A stretch of DNA of 64,000 bases from Paragordius varius (GCA_964247055.1 OZ176052.1:5704001-5768000), one strand, 5' to 3'. Positions 25,201 to 40,256 are shown, counted from the first letter of the stretch. Notes: generated from the sequence alone by a model not told the origin. Numbers and translations: made by a program.

Positions 25201-28200
25201 AGAGAATACTGTATATTTTAGTCAAGGGTCCAAATTCGAAAAGTTGTTCCATGCTAATCTTATTAAATATGAAATCATTATTAAATATTTATGTTTAGGA
25301 ATACCTTAGGTATATAATTTGTGTATATCAATAAAAGTACCCAAAGCATAATCAAATTAAATTATAAACGGGTATATTTAAAGGCATGCGAATATCTATG
25401 AGCATCAAGTCGTCGAAATCGGTTAATTTGTTTAAATGGTCGAAATGTCCTTTGCCTTAAAAGTAAGGACGCGAAATTTGAGACTCACTTGGTTCAATCT
25501 TTTTCAAAACCCTTTATCTCCAAAAATAGGAGAAAGATATGGGAAATACTTACATTGATTTATTCATAAAAGCGAATTTCGACGGCTTCATAGTTCATTA
25601 ATATGGCCTTTGATTCCCAGAAAGATTGTTAGCTTAACCCAAGAGATTGAAAAATGATATAATTATAGTTACAAAACTTATAAACCATTTTTGGAATTTG
25701 GGACAACCATAAATCCCGGTGTAACACGTATGTCCAGCCTTAGTTTTTAGCATTAGGCATTTTTTTCAGTGGGCTTCAAACTTAAGTTATACAATACTTT
25801 TGTTTGGAATTCATTATATATTTAATATGGTCTTATAAATCTAATTTATTATAGGCCCGTACAGGTGCCATTCACATTCTTCCTAAGCCTCAATACCGTG
25901 TTCAATTAAATTTTGGATATTAAGATAAAAATCAATAAAATGTTCATATTTACTTATTAACGCTTCATTACCTTTAGGGGTAGTTTTATAATCCAAAGCG
26001 ATTTGAAATTAGAGGATTATAAAAGTATTTAAGGTATTGGCATAAAAATATGCTTTTTTAGCCTTATAACTCCATTATACGAATTTTTTATTGAAAAACA
26101 TAAAATTGTAAAAAAAGCCTCATCTCAAACATTTTTGCCGCCACTTTTTTCTATCGCTAAATGCAACAGTCATATAAATGTATATTATGGGTAGAAAATG
26201 TAAATAATTAATTTTAAAAGCTTTCAGGGACATTTTATCAGCAAAAACCATATTTGATTTTAATATCAGCTGTTCGTTTCAAACGTGTTTTGGAGCTGTC
26301 CCAATTTTAGACTCTAGAAGTCACAAAACTGTATAAAACTATAAAAGTTTTTTTTAACTAATACATGAGAACAATGTTTGAAAATTGAATTTTAATTTAA
26401 ATAACTTTTAAAACTGTAGTTAACTTAGAAAATTGAGCTCTGGGAATATAAAACTCCCCCAAAAGGTAAACTCGGACATAAATGTGAAAAGATAATTAAA
26501 TGTTAAATTGTTTAAATATATGTTATCCAAACTTTTTTAGATTTTTTACCCTTTTCTTTGTTTTTATAAACCCGTATTAACCATCTTCCGCTTATAGTTT
26601 TTTTTCTCAAAAACGAATCAACAGGCAAACATTTGAATTATATGGTTTACAAATTTCGCCTTTAATATTTTAATTTCACCCTTAAAAATATTCATCACTA
26701 ATATTTATATCCTAAATACTTTGCATTCATTTAAATAATTGTACACTTTTGGGCAAAATTAACTCGCATTTCAGATGACAATTTTATATCGTAACCAATT
26801 ATTAATATAAATACTACAATACTAAAATACAAAATTATGATTGACTACCATAGCAGTAGAAAAATAAAAAAATAGTGCACTATGCTAAAAACAAACACTA
26901 AATTTCATTCCCATTTTGTTAACACACAATTAATAGGATGGAAAATGTGTCGATTGTCCCAAATGCATTTCAATTGATCAAGGGTATTTATGGTCATATT
27001 TAAGTGTTCAAGAGTGAATTTTAAGTGATATTCGTTTTTTTCAACAACATATCTTCACTTAAATTATGAATTTCATTTGGGGCCAACCGTTTAACTCAGA
27101 AGTTGAAATTTCTAACACGCGCAATGATTTTTTGTTAGAATAAAGTTTTCTGCCAATTATAATTTTACGATATTTCCAGTAAATATTTTATTTTATGATT
27201 TGTGTAAAAACACTAAAGACATTGCGACCCACCAAACTATTTGTGTTTAACAACCTTTGTTTAACTGCCCCTAATTTCGCCTAATTCCGCTATATGTTAT
27301 CAAATAAATTGAATTGTAAATAAGTTTTCTATCCGAATACGTATGAACACATTAACATGTATTTTCCCAGCCGTTTCATATATTTGAGTTTGGACTTGAT
27401 TATATAGCACAGCGTTTTAAAGGGTCCAAACGCCATTAAGTTTAAGTATAGAATTCTTTTTTTGGCCCTAGTTTCGAGAGCGCTCTTTCGTTTTTTTAAA
27501 AAATATTTTTTTTTAATTTATCAGTAGAATGACTCTAAATGAGAGATTGTTAGAGGTTTTATTTTTAATAATATTGTGTTAAAAGGGTCCATTACGATAT
27601 ATTCAATAAAAAGTTGATGTTACACCTTAGAATTAATATATCAGAAGTAGGTATTCTCCTATATAAAAGCGCCAGTGATTAATTTTTGCATAAAAAATAT
27701 TGTTTGTTTTACAATTATTAGCGATAAATATATCCTATCATCATCATCATTTATTTCATATTTTAACCACGGAATAAATAATATTTATTATTATTATAAA
27801 TGAATTACTAAGTAATAAGTAAAAAGAAACCAAAAAATATTAGATATCATTACACGTTTTTTTTCCTAAAATCATTATTTATTGTTATATATATAACACG
27901 ATCATATTGCTTTTGCTATACAGTTAAAACTACCTACTTATTTTTTATATATAGAAAAAAAAATAAAATTATTGACAATCCTTATTATATATATGTGTAT
28001 ATTTCTTTGCCTCACCAGCAACCAACAAAACAACCAAATTAAACTAACAATTTCCATAAATTTTATATCATCGTTTTTTTTTCAGATGTATGCGACAACA
28101 TGTAACACACTGCCTTTTCTATATTTTATGTTTTCAATGGAGGAATTAATATTTTGACAATATGAATTTATCCACAAATTAAACTGTTATTTAGCGGCTC

Positions 28201-31200
28201 TCTCTTTTACTCTTATTATCTGATGATAGATAAATTATTTGTTCCGTATATATCTGATCCTTTACAATAATATAAATGTTTATGAATGATAATTTGTTAT
28301 AGGCTTTTTAAATTTGTTTTTATGTTGCATCTCGATAATACGACAAATTTTCCAGATTAAACCATTCATCAATTTAACACCAGCCATAGGTAATTGCAAA
28401 TAAACCAATTCTCTGTGGTTTACCAAAGACGTTTCTACTCTAATTTGAATTCCAAGTTCAATATTCATTGGGATTAAATTTTTTCATTGATTTAAAATTT
28501 TATATAATATATTACGAAAACAAGAGAGCCATAGAGGTCAATATTCTTTATATTTCATCTATTCTCCATGCATAAATTAACTGTCCTTTAAATATCCTCA
28601 TGTGTGTATAAAACGAGATGTTGATCTAAAATTTTAAATGCGTTTTATAATCGATTTAAACTTTTTAAATATTGATTGATTTTGGATCCTAAAAATTCTT
28701 TGAAACACTGAACATCGATCCAGGTTAGAATCTTTATTAATTATTATGATTCCACGAAAAATATTTTGTGTTCATTTTAACAGTTAATGTTCCAATTTTA
28801 TTTAAGTTTTATTATATTAATCCAAAATAATTTTTTTTTACATATAAATGTAAATATTAATTTTCCCTATACTTACCTTCCTACTTTTACCATAACACAT
28901 TTAAATTTTCTTTAAATATTTATTGATATTTATTAATAATTATATTTAAGAAATATATAAGTGTTACGGGGAACAAAACAGGGGTAAGAGATGCAATACT
29001 AAACAATCATTGTGGAAAATACATAATGCAAACAAAAGAAACAGCAAATCGATAATTTTCATAAAATATATATTTCATTTTATCTTACGAAAAAAAAAAT
29101 AGTTTTACAGACATTAAGTTACGCGCCATTCTTCTGTTTTCTGTTCTATGCTAGTCAAATATTTTTGTCTCTTTTAAGTATAACCTAACCCTAACCATCA
29201 TTGTATTGAAATATTAATATTACATTATTTATACCACACACACCATATAAACACTATTATTGACGGAAAGACATTTATTATCATTATAATGATCACAATT
29301 GGATGTTTATTGGTTTTTTCCAGGGTTTTTAGACACAGTCATCTCATTTATTTATTTTAAAGTTAGTTTCTAACATGTTTTAAAAATTTAAAAAAGTTTA
29401 AATTCAAAAAATTTAGATCATTACTTTTATAAATTATTTAAACCTTACTCTTACTAACAACTGCTTTTCCTCAAAGTGGTAGTATAATGAAGGGCTTTAA
29501 CATTATTATTGTGGTTCATTAGGGATTCTTTAACAAAAATTAATGGATTTTTAATGTGCACAACAAGTTAAAGATTTTTTAACGGTTATTACCCTTTCTA
29601 ATTAAAAATGTCTGTTTGTTTTGTGTATGTACCAATGTAAGAGTTTGTTTTATTATCACAAAATTTCATTATTATAGCGCACAGCTTTTAAATATTTTTT
29701 CCTAGTAGGTCCATAACACGATTTTGCTACACAAATAAGAAAGTTGATCCATCCATCCTTGCCAATCAATAATATCCTCTCATAATATATATATTATAGT
29801 GTTTGAGGGAAATGTCATTAGGACCGACGTAGTTTTACAGTAAAATCACTTCTTTTTATTGATCTCCAGAGAGGCATAAATATATTTTGACAAACAATTA
29901 ATCTTTGATAAGGAGTTATTAAGGCGTGCGTTTATTACAAGGGTTGTTGTCAATTTTACGGAACTTTGTATGTCCGGTTTACTTGAGACAAATTACTTAA
30001 GATTTCAACAGACAAGATTTATTTTTATATTTTACATGTTTTGTCACATCTAAGGTGTATTGCCCTTTTATACCTGATTGGAAGAAATTCAACTAGCGGT
30101 GTATGCAGCTATAATTATTTTGCAAAAACATAACTTAGATTTTTGTTTAGCATGACTTTTATAAATTTTATCCTTAAATGTTACTCTTATTATCAAATTA
30201 CATATAATGAGTGGAAACATCCCTTCTTTGAAAAATATAAACCTTTTTTGGATGAAAAAATGATGATCAAATTTTAGAATAAAAATTAGTTTTTTGAGTT
30301 TGCTTGCGTAATTTATTAAAGCTAAAATCTCAAATCCCAAATGACCAATCGTGCAATCTTCCATGGTCAAATTCTTTTTCTTAAACATTTTTTTAAAATT
30401 AAATTTTTTTCTTTTTTAACTCTTATTTTTCACCATTTATGGCAATATAAAACAACTGTATTGTTTTGATTTTAATTACATTTTCACATAATTGCTTAAG
30501 TTTTCTACACTTATTTAGCAATTAGCTGTAAATTTTTTAATTACTATCGTCCATCTTAATTGTAGAGTTTTATTTAACTTTATATTCAAACATTATTTCA
30601 AACGACTTTATATATCTATCGTTTGGTTAAATGAAAATCAAACTTTATATTTCGGCACTTAGGTCATTTTTAATAAAATTTGAAAAATTTTATACTATGA
30701 AATACAGTATGAGTAAGTATATATTGCAAGAAAGTTATTAATTATTGCCAAATAACATATGGCTAATGATAGTAAAAAGTGAAAAAAACGATAAGCCAAT
30801 AATTCTGCCCTTCGTTGTGTATGCTATTAGGCAGTAATTAATAATTTTCTAGCAATGTATACTTACTCATACAATATATTAAAAATGGCCCTTGCCCCAA
30901 TATATGAAGTATTTTATATATGAATTTACTTAAGATAATTATAAGTATACCTTACATTTCCTTGAAATAGCCATTTTAAAAACATATATATTTATTATGT
31001 GATAAAATAGTAGTGGGAAGTTACAAGAAGGTGATCAAATCATAGCTATAAATGGTGTTAGACTTCAACACGTGCCTCATACTGAAGCCATAGCCTTGCT
31101 TCAAAATAGCAAAGGCCCAATCACATTACTGATTGAACGTAAAGTTAAATCCATATCTCCGCTTAGTAAATCCAAAGAAGACGCGACAGATCAGAAAAAG

Positions 31201-33048
31201 ATTGGTTTAACACACCTAGCACAAATCCATGAAAATTTGCCATCATATTCTGACACGTATAACATATATAAATTATTGCTATTTTTGTTGTTAAATTTGG
31301 TTATTGGATGATGACTTAAAATGGTGTAAATTAATCATATATTTGGTCACAAATTTGAGGCTTAGGTTTGTTTTTTTGCTATTCATTTTGTTTGAATATA
31401 AAAGTGAATATATAAAAGGATTGTTAATGTATTTAATAATTTTATACGATGTTTTTTCATAAAATTTAATATTGGCGTTAATTTTTATACAGCTTATTAG
31501 GTGACTCAAGAAGTGGGGTATTTAGATAGATGAATAATTTAATAATGCTAAATAACGGTACTATAATTTTTCAAAAATTTAGTCTTAAGTTCATTTTCAA
31601 TGGTTATAATAAGATATTGGCAATATTTTTAAAATTATAGTAAATTTTCAGGTTTTATATGGAACTTAGTTTCACTTATATATTATTTTCTCTTATTGGG
31701 ATTTTTAAATCATTACAATTTTTCATCTGAACATTTTTCCAAAAAATCAATAATTTTATTATCTTATTAAGCCATTTTTATCTTAATTAAAATATGGATT
31801 TATTTCCATTAACACACTTTTTGGCAATAAACCAAAAGCATAGGCTTTAACGTTTATGTTGATTATATTAAATTCACAAAGTAATTAGTAATGGTCCCTT
31901 TTTGTCTCCGCTTTTACTTTACGCATTATCCTTAAAAATGGATCCTTATAAATATTTAAAATATATATAATTATAAAACATAATACAGTCCAAGTTTCAA
32001 TTAATTTTTCATTTTTTAATAACGGTTTAGACGGAATTATTTTGATTATATATGATTTTTTTGTATAAGGTCCATTGTTATTTCATTAAATGGTAGTTTT
32101 GGTTTTTTTGCTATTAGTATAATTAATTTTTAACAACAATTAAATAGCCACAAATATTTTCATGATAAATTTTTAATATATACTATTACAAACCCGATAC
32201 ATAATAAAAACTCTTTATTTAAAACTCAAAAAATATCTAGCAGAGGAATTTGTATAAAAAATAAAAATACTCATATACAATTGTTTTATCCATTTTTAGC
32301 AATGTTCTATCATCACCTCTCATTGAATCACGATCGAAAGCCCTAACTGCGCCTGAAAGAAAAGTTAGCTTGGGCTCATTCTCACCCATTGACGTTTCTT
32401 CCAAAGATATGGTGGTTAGTTTTAGTTTCATTTTTGCCTTGTTTTGTTTGTTTTTACATTATTATACTGGGATTTTAAACTGAACTGGTTTATGATCAGG
32501 GTTTGAGATATATTTCAAAAAAATGGTTACCATAATCCTTGTTGGGAATAAATGGTTCCCAAAGATATGGTGGTTAGTTTAATTATCATTTTTACCTTGT
32601 TTGTTTTTACATTATTTTACTGGGATGATTTAAACTTAAACCGGTTTAAAATATGTAAAATTTGGTTATAATATCCTTGTTGAGGATGAATGGTTTTGAT
32701 TTCGGCTTAATATGTGATTTACCAATCATATTTTGGAATACACTAAATAATGGCGCCAAAGAATATTGTGTATTATATTTTTTAAAATAGATTTAAACAA
32801 TATATTTTTTGGTGATTGAAATAATATAAGGAACATTCTTCAAAATTTAGGGTATAATATAAATGATAAGTGAATAAAGTTGATCCACTTGTTCTCATAT
32901 TCATATTGTATTATTTTGTATGAAGGTATGGTTGTCATGAATTATTAAAATAATAATCTCATTAATATTTGATTGATTGTATTTTTTAATAATATTTATG
33001 ATTTATTACATATTTTTATTTGTTTAGCAAATACAAAATTTAATAACT

Positions 33049-33082
<34 letters not shown>

Positions 33083-36000
33083 TCTTCCACAAAATTTTAA
33101 TTTATATACTAATATTAAGATTATGGAGACCAGTTTAAATAAAGAAATTAATGATATATCTGTGTTTTAAGAATTATAATTGATATTTTTTATAAAATTA
33201 TTTTTAAACATATTTTTTAATGTACATCAGTAAAAATTGGATTTATACAAACATAACGATACAATGTTATACATAATTTAAATTTTTAACAACCATTTAC
33301 AATTCAAATTCATCCCGAACATATGTGTTTTTGGGCTATTATAACTCATTAATATAAAATATATTTTTATGGCACAATTTATTATTTTTTCAGTATTATA
33401 TTAATTTTAAACAAATTTTTATTTTATAAAAATATAAAAGAAGAGGTAATTTTTAATTTTAAAAAACACATAATTTATTTTAAGGTGAATTTGAATTGTT
33501 CGAGGGTGAATTTGAATTGTAAATGGTATATATATAGAGTTGTGAATTTTTTTATATCTATATTCCTATTTACAACCCAAATTTTTATATAGAATTAAGT
33601 TTTTTTGAAAAAATATATGGTTGTCTTTTAGATTTTACATTTTGTTTGTAAAAATTTAATTTTCCTACATAACAAACTCTATATAGCTGGATACTGAATG
33701 GGCACAACTTGAACAAATCATTTTGTTGAATGAAGGCTCAGGCCTGGGTTTTGGTATTGTGGGGGGACGGAGTACAGGAGTCGTCGTTAAATCTATTTTG
33801 CCTGGGAGTGTTGCTTCTGTGGTATGTATATTGTGATAACATTAAATAAAAATGCCTAATATTCGATTTATATTCATTGCTTAATTTTCCACCTAAAATT
33901 TTAAGCATAATTTTAGAAATTTGGGTTGGAATTAATCGGTTATGAATGCACTAGATTGTGTTCGTTTATAAAAAATAATCGGTCAAAAGTTTTCTATAGG
34001 TGTAACTTATTTTTTTTAAAATTAAACATAAATGAAATGAAATTTAAATTATTTGATGTAAAACAATTGTTAAATTTATACGAAATTAAATTGTAATTTA
34101 TAATTATAAAAATTGTTAGAATTAAATTGAACGGTTTACATCATTTTGTTTAATTTAGTAACAACATTTATTATTTTGTGATAAAGATGACTTACGACGA
34201 TAAATGATTGTTCATTTATAACCAATCAGACCACTGATTTTTTTAATCACTTAAAAATGCAACCCTATTAGAGAACAAACGATTACTGAATTTTGCTGTT
34301 AGTTAAGTTTCAAACTTTTAAGTTATTATGGATCTAAGATATTTGTCTAATCGAATTAATAAATGAGGTAAAATGATATACTTTTAAATTTATTGTAGAC
34401 TAAAAACTATTTTATTTGCTGGTTAAAGTAATGATTAATAATCAAGATTTTTTTGAAACTAAATACAATTTTTATTTTTTCAATATATCTTTTGTTTATC
34501 AATGATTTCTTAAAAGATTATTTAAGCCGTGTAACTTTCTATGACGACAATATTTGCATTTTCGAAACGTAATGTCGCTAGTTATAATAGATAAATTTAG
34601 ATGATAATGAGGATTTGTAGTTGGTTAAATATTCTGATGATTATACCAGCATTATGCCAACAAACTATTTAACATTTTTTTCCCTCACATATTTCTCATA
34701 TCCTTCATAAAATGTAAATTTTTCTGTGCCAAAAATTGGTTGGTTTTTATGGCATTTATTAAGTATCATTTTTTTGCATATAATATCCCCACATATTTAT
34801 ATATTCAAAATGGTCAGACTTATACTATTTTCAGTTTAATATATATGTCCTTAATTAAAATATTTATATGTTTTAATACCTCTCCTGGATTAGTACAACA
34901 ACACATTATTAATTCTATATTAATATTAATGGAATATTAACAAACGCTGTTGAAACAGGAGAAAATGAGAAAAATTGATTTTTTTTTGAAAAATAAAAAC
35001 TGGTAAATAGTAGCGTACTCAAATTTCACATATGTATTTTCTATACTTTTTTGTTAAAATTTTCGGCACGACATACCTCTAATATAAATAATTTTTTATT
35101 TTATTAAGCCATGCTTAGCTGGTTTTTTGTTTTGTGTTGAAAATTAATAGAACTATCGTACATTTTTCGCGATAATTAATTTTTACCAATTTTAATCACG
35201 CTATTTTCTTTGGTAATTTTATTCTATTCAATGAAGTTTTTTAGAATTTTGATATTTATTGGACCTTTAGTTGTCATAGTTAAGATTTAAAAATTTCATT
35301 TTTTCACAAATTTTTTTGGTTATAAGCTACCAGCAAGGAGTATTATTTTAAGTATGATATTCTAGTTTTTCTTGCCACTTTTTTATAAAAGCAATATGTA
35401 ATTTTGTTAAAATAATTTTACGTTGCAATGACACTTGATTATTAATATATCAAATTCTAATTTACTTTTTTTTGTGGTCGACCAAGTAACTTTTTTCTTT
35501 ATATCTCTTTTTTAATTAAAAAACCTTAATAATAATAATGTCTATCAATCAAATTATTTAATTTTATTTCATTAATTTTAGAATTGACTTTTTTTCTTTA
35601 GAAATTTCGACAATATAATTATTTTTTTATACTAAATAAGCAATTCATATTTGTTTTAACCTTATATCCTATTTTATTCAATCCCAATATATTAAAAATG
35701 ATTATGTAATTTTTCACATTATTTTGATTGGCAATTCATTACAATTGCTCACAAGATATATTTTTTTTATAATTAATCTTTAGGATGGACGTTTGCAAAA
35801 TAGTGACCATATTTTACAAATCGGAGACGTTAATTTACGTGGTATGAGCTCAGATCAAGTAATTTAGTTTTAGCATCTTTTATTTTTTTTTTTGTAAAAC
35901 ACAAAATGTTTCAAAACATATTATTTTTTTGAATAATGAGAAAGTTCTTCATGTATAGTCTATGTTAATTCGTCCATATACCAATGATATATAGGCTTAT

Positions 36001-39000
36001 TTTCTGTTAAACTCCTAGTCCTGGTTTAATTATTAAGGTAGAATATGCTAATTTTATTATTTTAAGATGAAAAAATTTACAATGTATATAATTATGTAAA
36101 CATTTACCGCAAAAATTAATCAAAATTATAATTTTTTTTCAAAGGTATTTATTTAATTTAGGGTTTAACTAATTAATACAAATTGTCCACAGGATGGACA
36201 TATTTTATGTTATACTGTACTTTTCTCTCCTAAATTAGTTTAATTTAATTGAATTGATTAATATTTTTTACATAATTTATAAAGTATATTTTTACATTAG
36301 GTAGCCAATGTGTTGCGTCACTGTGGTCCACAAGTAAAATTGGTCGTTGCTCGAGAAATCAATGAGATCCCTGCAACTCCCAGTAAAGATAGCAGCACGA
36401 ATGCAAACACCCTTTATCTGCCCACAAAATTGCTAAATGAACAGCTAGGGATGGATATACTACCAAGCCAAATTATTGCTGCGGTATATATATATATAAG
36501 ATTAGTACATTGAAGATCTATTATTATGTGCTTTTAAAAGATTCCCTTTTATATAAATAAACTTAAATGAGCATGTTGATCAAGATTTATATTATTTTTT
36601 AATCAGTGTAGTTTAGACTTTTATTTTTTTACGGAACCCATGTTGTGTGTTTGAGTTTTTACTACTTTTTATGACAAAGCTATTTATGCCTTTTCTATGA
36701 AATCATTATTATAAAATCCATAAGATTTTGGTTAAAGGTATTATTGGTTTGGCCCAGTTATTGGGATTCCATGGATTAAGTTACGATATATGTCTCTATC
36801 ATTTGTTGCGTTTCGAGGTATGTTCAGGAATTTAAAGTCTTGTTCTATGATTTGAGTCCAAGTTGTTTAAGGCCTCCCTTTACGGTTGGGGGCAGAAATC
36901 TGTAAATCAAGAATTTCCTTTGCAGGTGAGTCTATACTGGATCTGTCTATGTGTCCAAAATACCGAAGTCTATTTGTTCTGATAAAAGCTAAAATATATT
37001 AAAAATAAATAATTTGCAAACTTGTTCTGAATCAATACATCATTTAAAAAATAGAAAAATACATTGCCCGAGGAACCAGTGTTGAATGGTCAAATGCCTA
37101 CAACAATGACGAATGGAACAAAAGGACTTTTGAAAGAAGAACACATTGAAAAACCGGCGGAGGGCGAGGAGGAAAGTATAACTTTTGAGCGGACGCTTGT
37201 TAAGGGATCTCATGGGCTTGGTATGACAGTTGCAGGATATATTGGAGGTTTTAATTCATAGTTTTACACTAAAAACTGAATTGATATTCAGGCGAAAAGT
37301 TAAAACTAGAAGACAAAATAATTTTTTTCGATATAAAAGATAGCCATACTTTTGTCAACTATGATATTCTATGAATGTAACTCAACGTTTTATGTTACAA
37401 AATAAGGAATATAGAGTTAAATTGGTGGTACTCTTAATTTATTTCGACATTGGGATTGCAATAAAAAATAAAATTATATAGACAACAAAAGTAAAAAATT
37501 AAAAACAAATATTTGTTGGTTATGAAGGGAGCCATACTATTAACACCTTAATTTATTATGTGCGCTATATGAATACAAATTTTAAATATATAATTGTAAG
37601 TGTTTTCCCTTTATGTTCTATTCCATTTTCAGCAACTCAAAACGATAAGTTATATTTTAAATATATAAAATATGGCGATCTTTTTATTATAAAAAAATAC
37701 TCACCCTCTAGTTTTTACGCTTTGATTATATAATTTTAATATTTGCTATATGTTTGTCGAATTTTTTGAAATGATAGGCATAGTAGCCTCTTATATTTTT
37801 GAATATGAGTATTGATGATTTACTAAGCAAATGCTGTCAAAAGGTACGAAAAATTTTGCACAAAATTGTTTGTTTTTTTGACATGATCAAAAAATACCAG
37901 TTTTTATTTTGTTAAAATTGGCTTAGAGATACTCTAATAATTTGGAGTTTTTAATTAATTTAATTTAATATCTACCTTAATTTAAATTATTAAAATATAT
38001 AATATAAAAATTCATTTAGATGAAATATCTGGGATATTTGTGAAGAGTATTGCTCAGGGTAGTCCAGCTGACAATGATGGAAATATTAAAATAAATGATC
38101 AAATCATACAAGTAATTACCGTTTTTACCATTTGCATGGTTATTAAATTTTTTTTATAGATTTATTTAATTTTTATGTGCTACTGATTTTTTTGAAAAAA
38201 ATCAGTTTGAATATTTCTATTCCATGGCCATATTTTAAACCTAACAACCCCTAAAGTAAATATTAAAAAACAAATTTGTGGGTTTTTGAATTCTAAACAA
38301 TATATGTTATCAAAAATCTTTGTTGACAAATAAACAACCTTGATTATATATATAAATAAGACGTGTTTCTTTGCAAATTCAGATATCTGGAATTATGTAA
38401 CTTGTTTTTTATTATGGTTTCCCTCTGACAACAATGAAAATGTTTTTCCAAAAGCCCACAGACTATCATTAATTTTATCAAATCATGAATCGCATTAATT
38501 AATACTAAAACTTTATAACTTGTATTTCGTTTTCGATAACGGGTTTTTTGCTAAATAGGTGGATGGCAAATCCTTGATTGGCATGAGTAATCAAGATTCG
38601 GTTGAAGTCCTTAAGAATACAGGAAAATCGGTTCAATTAAAATTTATCCGCTATTTGAGTGGAACTAAGCATGATCAATTGGAACATCATACAGGTAAGC
38701 ACATTTTCTTGTTTTCTTCTCTTTTTTCACACATTTTAAATTGATTTTGGGGTTATAATCTAATTTTATATAGTAAACAATATAATTATACAGAAAAAAG
38801 TAAAAACTAATTGACAAATATTTTTAAAAAAAAGACAACTTTTACCTATTCAAACCTAGATCCTTTTAATTGTAGTTATAAATATGACTGTATACCAATT
38901 AACATCACTAATCAAAGTTTTGCAACCCAAAACGATGAGTTGAATTTTTTAAACCAGATTTTATAAATAACTGTTTTGTCCCTTAAAAAATATGTTTTTT

Positions 39001-40218
39001 TAATGGTAAATGACGGAATGATAATGTTTTCGTATTAACAGTTGTTAAATCCGTGAAATAATGATAAACGAAAATTAAATAGAAAGTCAAAATGAAAATT
39101 ATATTTATAAACAGAAATTATGAATGATATGAGAAACCCTTCATCAATAGTAATCGCAGACTTTCGTGCTTGTTAGCACTTAGTACTACACAACTATTTG
39201 AATTAGGGTTTTCACATAGCAATTCCGTATATATATCCAACATTGCAATTTTGTTATAAATGCAGTCTACTACTATTAAATTAAATTTAATGACATTAAT
39301 GAAATTATACTGAAAATTTTGAAAATAAACTGAAAATTAATAGTTTAATTCAATATACGTGTAAACGACTGCATTTATACTAAAATTTCAAAGTTGGATA
39401 TTTATACGAAATTGATATTAAAAACCAAGTAGTTGTGTCGTACTGATGAGGGCTAACAAGCACGAAACTACGATTAATGAAGGGTTTCACATATCAATAA
39501 TTTCAGTTTATAAATATAATTTTCAGTTTGATTTTCGTTTAATCATTATTTTACGGATTTAATAACTGTTAATATTTGTCTTTTAGTTTTTACTATTTGT
39601 TTGCAAAACTAAATTTATTTTTTACTGTCAGCCAATATTTTTAACATGAAAAGAATTACTGATAATAAGAGTAATATTCTGTTAATATTATTGTTTTTTA
39701 GAATACGAAGAAACTAGTACACCCCAACCTGCAATTACAACATCAATTGAAAGTGAGTCAACGACACAATCTCAACCACCAATCACTACAGTTTTATCGC
39801 AAATTGAGACTCTCCCCTCTGCAAAAATTATGACAAATGGATACGCGAAATCAGAAGAAACTAAAAGTAATAGGGCTTATAATAATTAAATTCAGAATAA
39901 TTTTGATAAAAAAACATTTTTAAGGCATTCGCAAATTTATTAGATCGTTTTTGTGTGTCCTTTGACAAGTTTTTAATAAATGTTTTAACACTATACGTAA
40001 GGTTAAATATTAAAATATACGGATTTTCATAACTATAATAATGGTGGTTAAATAATTACAAAGACTAAATAATAGATGACAAACAAAAATATTTTATATT
40101 CTTTAAATTATTTAATGCATGTTTTATTATATGATGTTTTTAACAAATATTTGTTAATTTATTATTTGTTGAAATTTTCGAATTGATTTAATATTGAATA
40201 AAACATTTGCTTAAACAT

Positions 40219-40256
<38 letters not shown>

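Noticed and set aside
28086-28101. Strong acceptor + ATGTATGCGACAACAT + GTAACA as an MPDZ micro-exon
   Set aside because: 16 nt is phase-incompatible with the flanking phase-2 junction, and PDZ1 aligns well without it.
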